From Desulfobacterales bacterium (GTDB lineage Bacteria; Desulfobacterota; Desulfobacteria; Desulfobacterales; UBA5852), in contig CAXXVS010000001.1 in assembly GCA_963674755.2 (NCBI GenBank), positions 736,001-800,000 of the forward strand: a DNA stretch of 64,000 bases. Reading direction: 5' to 3'. The translations under genes and the position numbers were made by a program. Positions 48,801 to 57,351 of the stretch are shown in pieces (position 1 is the first letter of the stretch; each line of letters begins with the position of its first letter). The notes beneath the pieces are model-generated. The model had not been told where the DNA came from. It did not search any database and worked only from the letters and a program-made list of their open reading frames with translations.

Positions 48801-49616
48801 ATGACCATGCACGCTTTGGACAACGTCACAAAACAGGGCCGCCGTTTGCACGGCCGGCTAATCTGGCTTACGGCTGCTTGGGCGATGTTTTTTATTTCGG
48901 CAGGCTGTGCGGCTTCCGGACGGACCGCCCGGCCCGTTGCCCCCCCGATAGGGATGGTGGTCCATGAAAACCAACGGATCGAAGTTCAGCCCTGGATCAA
49001 GGATGAGATCCGGCAGTTTCTCGGCCAGGACGAGGTGCGGGACGCACTGGGCTTCGACCCGCTGTCCTACGAATCCCCCTTCACCGTAACATTGCTCGAG
49101 CAGCGCTTGTCCGATCGGGGCATTTTCCGCATGTTCGGCCGGGCGGCCAACCAGGATGTATTCATCCAGGCCCGTCTTTTCGTGAATCCCGGCCGCCCGG
49201 AAACCGGTTCCGACGCAGCGCAGACCTTGGATCCGGATACCGCGCGCAAGGTGAATATGCTCCGTATCCTCGCCGCCGATCCGGAAATGCTGGTGCTTTA
49301 CCGCAATCTGCTGATCTGCCACGAAGTGGCCCACGTGGGGGAATGGTATGCCCTCACCCAGCGCGGCGCCCTGGTACGCTACACTGGCCATGGCGTCAGC
49401 AACCGGGCGGAGATTCGGATCCTGACGCAGCTGTTGCAGGCCGGCAAGGTACGCCCGGCGGTTTTCACCAAACTCTACCTTTTCTATGCCACCTTCATGA
49501 ACCAGGAGGCCGAACCCGAGGAAGACCTGGCCCGAACCTACCGCCAGGCTCTCGAACCCCCGGGCGCCCTGGCGGGAAGCCGTGACCGGGGTGCGCCCTT
49601 GACGGTCGTGGAGTGA
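48801..49616 (+). CDS. Putative lipoprotein with an HExxH motif
   Basis: Hydrophobic stretch ending SAGC (lipobox-like); ICHEVAHVGE. Confidence 0.65.
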   Translation: MTMHALDNVTKQGRRLHGRLIWLTAAWAMFFISAGCAASGRTARPVAPPIGMVVHENQRIEVQPWIKDEIRQFLGQDEVRDALGFDPLSYESPFTVTLLEQRLSDRGIFRMFGRAANQDVFIQARLFVNPGRPETGSDAAQTLDPDTARKVNMLRILAADPEMLVLYRNLLICHEVAHVGEWYALTQRGALVRYTGHGVSNRAEIRILTQLLQAGKVRPAVFTKLYLFYATFMNQEAEPEEDLARTYRQALEPPGALAGSRDRGAPLTVVE

Positions 49617-49731
49617 CGCCGATCCGTCTTCTACCTTAGGCCCCGGCCCTTCGTACAAAAACGCTTTCGACCGCCACCGCCGCGGCCCTCCTGGACATGC
49701 CTAACGACCGACACCGCCCGAGCCACATAGG

Positions 49732-50646
49732 TCACACCAGCCCCAGCGCGCGGGCCTGTTCCCAGACCCGCCGGGCCAGGCCCACGGTGGCCTGATCCAC
49801 CATACGGCCGTCCACGGCCACGGCGCCTTGTCCGCCGGCGCGGGCTGCCTCGGCCGCCGCCAGCACCTTGCCGGCCCGTTCGATGTCTTCCGCCGAAGGG
49901 ATGAACACGCGGTTGATGGTGTCGATTTGGTCGGGATGAATGGCCCATTTCCCGTCGCATCCCAGGGCACAGGCCATCTGGGCGGAATGTTCGAGCCCGG
50001 CGGCATCCCTGAAATAGCCGTAAGGCGCATCGATGGCCTGGATGCCCCGGGCCTTGGCGGCCATCACGATCCGGCTCATGGCAAAATGCCAGCGGTGTCC
50101 GGGATAGATGGCCTCTTCCTTTTCCCCATGGCCGGAAAGCGACACCAGACGGGCGCCCACCGAGGCGCTGTAGTCGGCGATGCCGAACACCAGGCTTTGC
50201 ACGCGGCGACCGGCCCGGGCGATCTTTTTGACCCGTTCGAGCCCTTGGGCGCTTTCGATGGAAGCTTCGATGCCGATGGGCAGGGGGCGGCCCAGACCCA
50301 GTTCGATGCCGTCCAGCAGGCGTTCCGCAAAATGGATGTCCCCCGGGTGATTGACCTTGGGGATCACCACCGTGGCGAGGTGCTCGCCGGCCGCTTCCGC
50401 CACTTCCAGCAGATCGCGGTAGCCGAAAGGCGTGTCCAGGGCATTGATACGAAAGGACAGCCGGGATGCCGCCTCACCCGCGGTTTGCAGGGTTTCGATG
50501 ACCTGGCGGCGGGCATCCGCTTTCATCTCCAGGGGGACGCTATCTTCCAGGTCGAGGAGGATGTTGTCCGCGTTGGTGGCCAGGGCCTTGGCATGCATTT
50601 TGGCCCTGTGGCCGGGAACCGAGAGGATCGAACGACGGGGCAGCAT
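49732..50646 (-). CDS. CitE/malyl-CoA lyase-like (HpcH/HpaI aldolase/citrate lyase family)
   Basis: RSILSVPG, LDLEDSV, IPKV, IESAQG, GIADYSAS, GKWAIHP, GRMVD. Confidence 0.9.
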   Translation of the reverse strand: MLPRRSILSVPGHRAKMHAKALATNADNILLDLEDSVPLEMKADARRQVIETLQTAGEAASRLSFRINALDTPFGYRDLLEVAEAAGEHLATVVIPKVNHPGDIHFAERLLDGIELGLGRPLPIGIEASIESAQGLERVKKIARAGRRVQSLVFGIADYSASVGARLVSLSGHGEKEEAIYPGHRWHFAMSRIVMAAKARGIQAIDAPYGYFRDAAGLEHSAQMACALGCDGKWAIHPDQIDTINRVFIPSAEDIERAGKVLAAAEAARAGGQGAVAVDGRMVDQATVGLARRVWEQARALGLV

Positions 50647-50889
50647 GGGGTTTGCTCCATTTGCTTCTGGGGTTGCAACGTGGCGGATCCGGGATCCGGA
50701 ACGAGGGCACCATAGCATAGGCGGGAGGTAAACCCTATGGGTTTCTTGCGAGCTTAAATAAGGGTGGACCCGGCCCGCAAAATCGTTTACATCCCAAAGC
50801 CTGCAAAAGACGCTGGCAGCCGGCGGTATCGGCAATGGTGGCGCTCTCGCGTTTCTTCACGTGCAAAGGGAAAAGAGGTATCACGCATC

Positions 50890-51738
50890 ATGATCGGTAC
50901 GGAACTATGGGCCCTGTTATGCGGCCTGGGGTCGGCGGCGGCCTGGGGGGCGGGGGATTTCAGCGGCGGACTGGCCTCCCGGCGCAGCGACGTCTATACG
51001 GTGGTCGTGGTGGCCGAGGCGGTGGGCATTATCCCGCTGTTGGTGTTTGCCCTGATGTGGGGCGGGCCCTTGCCGCCCGTCAGCTACATCCTATGGGCCG
51101 GCCTCGGGGGTGTCGTGGGGGTGGTGGGGCTGCTGGCCTTATACCGGGCCCTCTCGGTCGGGCATATGGGCGTCGTGGCACCGGTGACTTCGGTGGTGGC
51201 GGCGGTTTTGCCCCTGCTGCTGGGCAGTTTCTGGGACGGTCTGCCCACCTTTCTGCAAATGGCCGGCATCCTTGTGGCGCTGGGGGCGGTGTGGCTGCTT
51301 TCCCGTACGGAGGCCGAGCAGCGGTTCGCCTTCGCCGACCTTGGCCTGCCGATCCTGGCCGGGACCGCCTTCGGCCTCTATTTTGTTTGCATCGACCTGG
51401 CGATCGAGGAGACCCTGGTCTGGCCTCTCGTGATTGCCCGTCTGGCGGCCGTCGCCGTCTTGCTGGTGTATCTGGCCGTGGGCCCGCGGCGGGCGATGCC
51501 CTCCCGGAACCTGTTGCCCTTGTTGGTCATGGCCGGGCTGTGCGATGTGGCCGGCAACGCCTTCTTTGCCCTGGCGACCCAGATCGGACGCCTGGACGTC
51601 GCAGCCGTGCTGGCCTCTTTCTATCCCGGAACCACGGCTATTCTGGCCTGGATCGTTCTGAAGGAGCGGCTCAACCGTACCCAGTGGATGGGGGTCTCGG
51701 CAGCATTGGCGGCGCTCATCCTCATTGCCCTCCCCTAA
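50890..51738 (+). CDS. DMT/EamA family transporter
   Basis: About 10 TMs, WGAGDFSGG, G.MGVVAP, LKERL. Confidence 0.88.
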   Translation: MIGTELWALLCGLGSAAAWGAGDFSGGLASRRSDVYTVVVVAEAVGIIPLLVFALMWGGPLPPVSYILWAGLGGVVGVVGLLALYRALSVGHMGVVAPVTSVVAAVLPLLLGSFWDGLPTFLQMAGILVALGAVWLLSRTEAEQRFAFADLGLPILAGTAFGLYFVCIDLAIEETLVWPLVIARLAAVAVLLVYLAVGPRRAMPSRNLLPLLVMAGLCDVAGNAFFALATQIGRLDVAAVLASFYPGTTAILAWIVLKERLNRTQWMGVSAALAALILIALP

Positions 51739-51857
51739 GCGATTCCCCTGCAAGGTCGGTTGCCCCAATCGTTTCATCGCAGCAACCCTATATAGCCTCC
51801 CCGGTGGACATGACCGCAGCATGTTGTGACCGCCGGGTGGACATGCCGCCGTCTGGT

Positions 51858-53333
51858 TCAGGATGATGTTTTGGCAGAGGTTACACGCCCCTTCCGTTTC
51901 CCCTGGCGCCAAACGGTGGCGTGGTCGTGATCCCGGAGACGAACGCCGTCCTCCTCCAGACGTCTTCGCAAGCGATCGGCCGTGCGCCAATCGCCGGCCT
52001 GCCGGGCCGACTGGCGACGGGCCACCAGGCGTTCGACAACCGGACGCGGGAGTTCAGGAGCGCAGGTGCTGGGGGGCAGACGGCGATAGCCCTCCAGCGG
52101 CGTCTGCAAGAGCCCGAGCACATGCCGCGTCAAGTAGATGAAATCGGTCGCCGTATCCGCCACCGTGCGCCGGAAGGTGTTGCAGCGCATCGGTCCCGCC
52201 GCATCCAGGGCCCGGTTGATTTCCCGCATGGTTTCGAAGACCACCGCCAGGCCACCGGGCACATTGTCGTCCAGGGCCAGTTGGCCGCTGAAGCGCTGCC
52301 AGAGACGGCTTCCACAGGGCACCGACGGATCGCATGCCCCCATCCAGGCCTGCAAGCGCCCCGCCAGGGTATAAAAACGGTCCAACTGACGTGCGGCTTG
52401 CCCCAGCGCGTTTGCGCTGAAGGGGAGATCGCGTCGATAATGGCGTGACAGGAGAAAAAGACGCACCGCCTCGGGATGATAAGCGGCCAGAAGATCTTCC
52501 AGCGGCGGGGCATTGCCTTTGGACTTGGCCATTTTGACGTGTCCCACCGTAACCATGCCGTGATGGAGCCAGATATCGGCCGGCGGTTGGCCGAAGGCGG
52601 CGCGGGATTGAAGGATTTCATTGGCGTGGTGGGGGAATCGCAGATCGCAGCCCCCGCCGTGGATGTCGAAGGGGATGTCCAGCAGGGTGTGGCTCATGGC
52701 CGTGCACTCGATGTGCCAGCCGGGGCGGCCCGGTCCCCAGGGGCTCTCCCAGAAGGGCTCCCCGTTCTGGCGCCCCTTCCAGAGGGCGAAGTCGTGCGGG
52801 TGACGTTTGTCCACGTCGACCGGCGGGCCGCTATTCACCGGACGGGCATCTGCTTCCGGTTGCCAGGCGATCGGGCCGGAGTCTCCAAGGCTGTGGGACG
52901 AAAAATAGATTGACCCGCCACGGCGGTAGGCATGGCCGCGCTGCAAGATGCGGGCGATGACCGCCTGGCAGGCGCCGACATAATCGGTTGCCCGGGGGGC
53001 GGCATGGGGCGGCCGTACGTTCAGGGCGGCCATGGCCGTGTCGTATTCGCGGCCATAGCGCTCGGCCACGCGGCGGTAGTCCTGGTCGCCCTCCCGGGCG
53101 CGCCGCAGAATCTTGTCGTCGATATCGGTGATATTGCGCACCAGGGTGACATCGTATCCGACGGCTTCCCAAAAGCGGCGGAAGACGTCGAAGATTACCG
53201 CCGAACGGGCGTGACCGAGGTGGGGTGCCGCATAGACCGTCGGTCCGCAGACATAGATCCCCAGATGCCGGGCTTTGCGGGGCCGCAGGTCCTCCATTTC
53301 CCGGGAGAAGGAATTATAGAACCGCAGGTTCAC
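51858..53333 (-). CDS. cysS: Cysteinyl-tRNA synthetase paralogue (CysRS*-type, divergent)
   Basis: YVCGPTVY, HLGH, NITDIDDKI, DFALWK, GRPGWHIEC, DIHGGG.DL.FPHH.NE, KMAKS; overlaps the selB stop. Confidence 0.92.
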   Translation of the reverse strand: MNLRFYNSFSREMEDLRPRKARHLGIYVCGPTVYAAPHLGHARSAVIFDVFRRFWEAVGYDVTLVRNITDIDDKILRRAREGDQDYRRVAERYGREYDTAMAALNVRPPHAAPRATDYVGACQAVIARILQRGHAYRRGGSIYFSSHSLGDSGPIAWQPEADARPVNSGPPVDVDKRHPHDFALWKGRQNGEPFWESPWGPGRPGWHIECTAMSHTLLDIPFDIHGGGCDLRFPHHANEILQSRAAFGQPPADIWLHHGMVTVGHVKMAKSKGNAPPLEDLLAAYHPEAVRLFLLSRHYRRDLPFSANALGQAARQLDRFYTLAGRLQAWMGACDPSVPCGSRLWQRFSGQLALDDNVPGGLAVVFETMREINRALDAAGPMRCNTFRRTVADTATDFIYLTRHVLGLLQTPLEGYRRLPPSTCAPELPRPVVERLVARRQSARQAGDWRTADRLRRRLEEDGVRLRDHDHATVWRQGKRKGRVTSAKTSS

Positions 53334-55254
53334 CGTTGGTCTTCTCCTTCAATACCCGTTCGTTGCCCTGACGGATGGTGAAGCCGACCTGGTCCAGATA
53401 TTCAAACACGGGCACCGCGCCCATACGGCCATATCCCAGCAGCCCTTTGCTATCGGCAAGACGAAGACCGCCCTGGTGGCGGATTTGATGCCGGATGCGC
53501 GCCTTGATCGTCTCCAGGGCGGCCGGCGTGAGAAACCGTCCGTTGTTCAGACGAATCATTTTCTGCTGGCGCACAAGATAGGAAAGGACCTTTTGCAGCT
53601 CGGCTTTGGCGATCGCCACGGTACACGCCCTGAGAAGGGTCGCTTCGCTGAACGGACAGAGGCCGATGCCCTCGGCGGCCGCCAGAGCGTGATCCAGGAG
53701 GTGGGTCCGGCGGGCGTCGGACACGGCCAGGGATGCAGTCAGACGGTAGTGGCCGTCGCTTTTTTCGAGCTTGCCGCTTCGCACCAGATCGGCAAGGAGG
53801 CTGCCCAGCAGCACGGGATCCATTCCGGGGGGCAGGCCGTCTTTGATTTCAGCGGCTGCCAGCCCCCGATGGAAGGGGTCTTGTTCCAGGGCGGAGGCGA
53901 CGTTGGCCAGGATGACGTCGCGATGACGGTCATAGTGATCCTTCCGGATGGCACCGTGGCCCTTAACGTAGACGAGATCGCCGCGATGGACCCGGGCATT
54001 GACTTCAGCCTCCAGAGGACCGCCGGGCAGGCCGGTGGCGTCGGCCAGATCCTGGGCGGACAGAAGACGATGCGCGTTTTTTTGCAAAAGAACATCGGCA
54101 CAGGCCGGGATATCACGCGCTTCCAGCGCCTCCAGAAAGGGAACGACGGCGTCGTGTTTGGCGGGCCGGTATTTCTGCCGTGTCCGTTCCAGCAGAATCC
54201 CGCCGCCCAAAACCTGGTTGCGGTTCAGGAGGGCGATGACGAAGGCCTCGCCTAAAGCAGCGTTCAACGGTTCGGCAAGACGAAACTGTACCAGACCCTT
54301 TTGACCTGCCCGCAGGTGCACCCGGCCCATCAGATGGGTCGTGGCCTGGTGAACGGCCGTGCCCACATAGAGTTTGACCCTTTGACCGTGCTTCAAAACG
54401 CCCTGGGGGGCGGATCGCATGCGCAGGGCGGCATTGTAGAGACGGCTGCCGGGGTGCGCGCCCGGAGAGGCCAGCAGCATGCCCCGGGCGATGGCGGCGA
54501 GCGGAATTTTGGGCAGGTTGATGCCCACCCGCTGGCCGCCTACCGCCGAGGTGACCCGGCCGCCGTGGCATTCCATGGAACGGACCCTGGCCGGGATCCC
54601 GGCGGGCAGGATTTCGAGTTCCTGGCCTTCATGAACGCCGCCCCCGGCCACGGTGCCGCTGACCACGGTACCGATCCCGGCCAGCTGCCGCACCTGATCG
54701 ATCCAGAGCCGGAAGGGGCCCGGATGAGAATCCCGGGGCAGGCGTGCGATTTCTTCCCTGAGGGCGTGGGTGATGATGTCGATGTCCGGAGGCTGGCGGT
54801 TCGAAAATGACAGCATCGGTTTGCCCGCGAGAAACGTCCCCTCAAGCAGGTCTTCCAGCTCAAGCTTGGCAATTTCGACGGTTTCCGGGTCCACTAGGTC
54901 GGTTTTGCTGAGGACGACCAGCCCGCCCCGGGTTCCGAAATACTGGAGAATGTCCAGGTGCTCCCGGGTCTGGGGCATGACCCCGTCATCGGCGGCGACC
55001 ACCAGCAGGGCCAGATCCACCCTGTGCAAGCCGCGGATGGCGTTTTTCAGAAAATCCACATGGCCCGGGACATCAACCAGGGCCAGGCCCACATCGGCGA
55101 AAACCGACCAGGCCGCGATGCCGGCTTCGATGGACAGGCCGCGGCGTTTCTCCTCCGGATTGCGGTCCGTATCGATGCCGGTAAGGTGTTTGACGAGGGT
55201 CGTTTTGCCGTGATCCACATGTCCGGCCACACCGATCGTAAGGTAGTGTCTCAT
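53314..55254 (-). CDS. selB: SelB-type elongation factor paralogue (SelB*)
   Basis: GHVDHGKT, DVPGH, DGVMPQTREH, SKTD, EF-Tu-like domains II/III, C-terminal winged helices ending EYLDQVGFT.R.GNERVL. Confidence 0.92.
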   Translation of the reverse strand: MRHYLTIGVAGHVDHGKTTLVKHLTGIDTDRNPEEKRRGLSIEAGIAAWSVFADVGLALVDVPGHVDFLKNAIRGLHRVDLALLVVAADDGVMPQTREHLDILQYFGTRGGLVVLSKTDLVDPETVEIAKLELEDLLEGTFLAGKPMLSFSNRQPPDIDIITHALREEIARLPRDSHPGPFRLWIDQVRQLAGIGTVVSGTVAGGGVHEGQELEILPAGIPARVRSMECHGGRVTSAVGGQRVGINLPKIPLAAIARGMLLASPGAHPGSRLYNAALRMRSAPQGVLKHGQRVKLYVGTAVHQATTHLMGRVHLRAGQKGLVQFRLAEPLNAALGEAFVIALLNRNQVLGGGILLERTRQKYRPAKHDAVVPFLEALEARDIPACADVLLQKNAHRLLSAQDLADATGLPGGPLEAEVNARVHRGDLVYVKGHGAIRKDHYDRHRDVILANVASALEQDPFHRGLAAAEIKDGLPPGMDPVLLGSLLADLVRSGKLEKSDGHYRLTASLAVSDARRTHLLDHALAAAEGIGLCPFSEATLLRACTVAIAKAELQKVLSYLVRQQKMIRLNNGRFLTPAALETIKARIRHQIRHQGGLRLADSKGLLGYGRMGAVPVFEYLDQVGFTIRQGNERVLKEKTNGEPAVL

Positions 55255-55273
55255 GGGTTCCGTGGCATCGGGA

Positions 55274-55365
55274 TGGAAGGGGCAAGGGGAATCGAACCTC
55301 CTCCTCGTTGTTCAGACGAGGCCGACGGTTTTGAAGACCGCGGGGTGCCCAGCACCATTGCCCCT
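55274..55365 (-). tRNA. selC: Non-canonical selC*-type tRNA, anticodon UCA, predicted Cys-accepting (8/4 fold)
   Basis: Acceptor AGGGGCAA/UUGCCCCU (8 bp, A1:U72), U73, encoded CCA; D arm GGUGC-UGG-GCACC; anticodon arm GCGGU-CUUCAAA-ACCGU; long variable arm CCUCGU/ACGAGG; T stem GG(A)GG/CCCC with bulged A, loop UUCGAUU. Confidence 0.88.
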
Positions 55366-55621
55366 TCAAGGGAAGATAAAAAGATGAGGACCGGCAGGGG
55401 GTGAATCTATACCCATATGCGGTGAAGCATCTTCCATACCGATCCGCACGCGCTACTCACACGGGAAGCGTAGGTGTGGGGCGCTCAGGTGAAGCCGGTA
55501 TGGAGATACATAAGATGCTCCGACGAGTGCAGACTATTTAGTATTAATCTAAACCCTCCACCTATGGTGGAGGCCCCGGAGAGGTTTTGCCGATCCAGGG
55601 TGGCTTTACATCAATGGGAGC

Positions 55622-55890
55622 CTTCATTTTCTTTCTCGTGAAAGAAAACGGAAGCAATCACGCCTCGGCGTGACAGGCTTCAAACGCCCGTGTCCCGCTT
55701 AACCCTGCGCGTCGTCGACACGGCCGGAGCGCGCGGAAACTCGCTTCGCTCAGACAGTCCGCGCGCTTTTATCCGGCCGCATCGCCGATGCTCGGCGCGG
55801 GACAAAGGGAAATTCAAAACCAAAACCTCAAAGACTGTTTTCAAGCCCCCTTCGGGGGGCTTCCTGAGGCCTCCCACTAGGCGGGAGGAT
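55622..55890. repeat. Structured intergenic repeat, family A (full-length copy)
   Basis: Shares a 50-nt identical block with 211-260; multiple hairpins. Confidence 0.85.
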
Positions 55891-55904
55891 AACCACCGTT
55901 GGCG

Positions 55905-56049
55905 GAAAGCGGCGTTTTCGCCTCCTGTCGGTCTTCGGCGCAGCCGGGCTGCGCCTGTGGGCACCCACAGTTGAAGAATCAATCAGATGGGAAGCCCAGC
56001 ACTGTGCGGCGGGACCAGAAACCAAAATCTGCCACTTCTGGATGGACAC
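55905..56049. mobile_element. Family B MITE-like copy lacking its left end
   Basis: GGCGTTTTCGCCTCCTGTCGGTCTTCGGCGCAGCCGGGCTGCGCCTG and ACCAAAATCT...GGATGGACAC match 37744-37886. Confidence 0.8.
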
Positions 56050-56183
56050 TAGTTTGCATTGTAGAAGAGCGTACATCAATGCGTCAAACAGATTATTCCG
56101 ATCCATCTGCCTGTTCCAATAGACAAAATGGATGGAGCCAGGCGCGGGCCTTGCCTGCGGATCAGGCAAGGCGGCGCACCGAC

Positions 56184-57020
56184 TCAGAATTCGAACCGGC
56201 TGCCGGCCGAGGCCTGCCGGAAACGCTGGCCGAAATGGCGGGCCAGGATCATTCCGGCCTGGGGGCCGGTGCAGTGGGAGACGCCCACCAGTTCGACCTT
56301 GAAATCCTCGAAGGCCGCGATAACGTCCTGGATCTGCTCCGGCGCGTAGAACATGAGGTGGGTGCCCCCCAGGACGGCATGCAGCCGGTCGATGCCGAAT
56401 TTCTCCTTCACGTGGTCGAGGATGTTGAGCACCCCGCCGTGGGCGCATCCCAGGACCAGGACCGCTCCTGAGGGGGTTTCCAGCAGGAGGTTGGCATCCT
56501 CGGCGATGGGGTCCGGCACAAGGTCTTCGCCCTGGGCCAGCAGCAGCTGGCGGTCGCCGGGGGTTTTCTCCGGATGGCGGGTATACCCGGTGAGGAAATG
56601 AAACCCCGGCGCAATGGGGCCGGTGGCCTCCCGGAATTCGAATTCAGCCCCGGCCGCTTCCAGTTCCTCCCGGCTCTCGGGCGGTCCGATGAAGCGGGGG
56701 GCCACGGCCGGGTCCGGCGACAGGCGCGCCATGTGCCGGGCGAAGACCGACGGGTGGGCGATGATCTTCCTGGGGCCGGTTTGTTCCAGCACCCAGGCCA
56801 GTCCGCCCGTATGGTCGAAATGGCCGTGGCTCAACAGGATGGCGGCGATGTCGGCCAGCGGGATGCCGCCGCTGCGGACATTGTGCGGCAGGGTATGGCC
56901 CTGGCCGGTGTCGAAAAGGAACGTTTGGCCGTCGTGCTCGATGAGGGCGGCAAAGCCGTGTTCCCCCAGAAAGTCCATCCGGCCGATGTTGTTGTCACAC
57001 AGGATTTGAACGGTGGTCAT
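56184..57020 (-). CDS. MBL-fold metallo-hydrolase (COG1237-like)
   Basis: EHGF, LFDTG, LSHGHFDHTGG, GCAH.G, GGTHL, SHCTG; AGGGAGG RBS. Confidence 0.9.
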   Translation of the reverse strand: MTTVQILCDNNIGRMDFLGEHGFAALIEHDGQTFLFDTGQGHTLPHNVRSGGIPLADIAAILLSHGHFDHTGGLAWVLEQTGPRKIIAHPSVFARHMARLSPDPAVAPRFIGPPESREELEAAGAEFEFREATGPIAPGFHFLTGYTRHPEKTPGDRQLLLAQGEDLVPDPIAEDANLLLETPSGAVLVLGCAHGGVLNILDHVKEKFGIDRLHAVLGGTHLMFYAPEQIQDVIAAFEDFKVELVGVSHCTGPQAGMILARHFGQRFRQASAGSRFEF

Positions 57021-57351
57021 GTCGGCCTCCCTTGAGCTGGCATCCACGCCGGCATCGGGGCTTTGATAAAACCGGTTGCCCTGGAACTGCCCGTGCCGTT
57101 TGATGCCGCAGTTGAAAGTCCATGGGAATGAATGAGATATAGTTCGATTCAGCGAACGGCGTCAACGGGTATTCGCAATCCGGCGATATCCCCGGCACCT
57201 GGCGTCCATGACTTGCAAAATACTTCCGCTATGACTAAGCTTGATGAACGCGTAAAGCACTCAAGATCAACGCTTGCGATGCCAATCCATCCGACGGCGG
57301 TTGCCTGCCGGCTTTACCGCGGTGTGGCCTAATCCATAATAAAGGAGATCC

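Noticed and set aside
55274..55365. Canonical tRNA-Sec
   Set aside because: It has A1:U72, U73 and a 4-bp bulged T stem rather than G1:C72, G73 and an 8/5 fold, and it is linked to cysS rather than selA
55680..55982. ORFs inside repeats (also 184-378, 31991-32437, 37758-37991)
   Set aside because: They coincide with palindromic repeat elements
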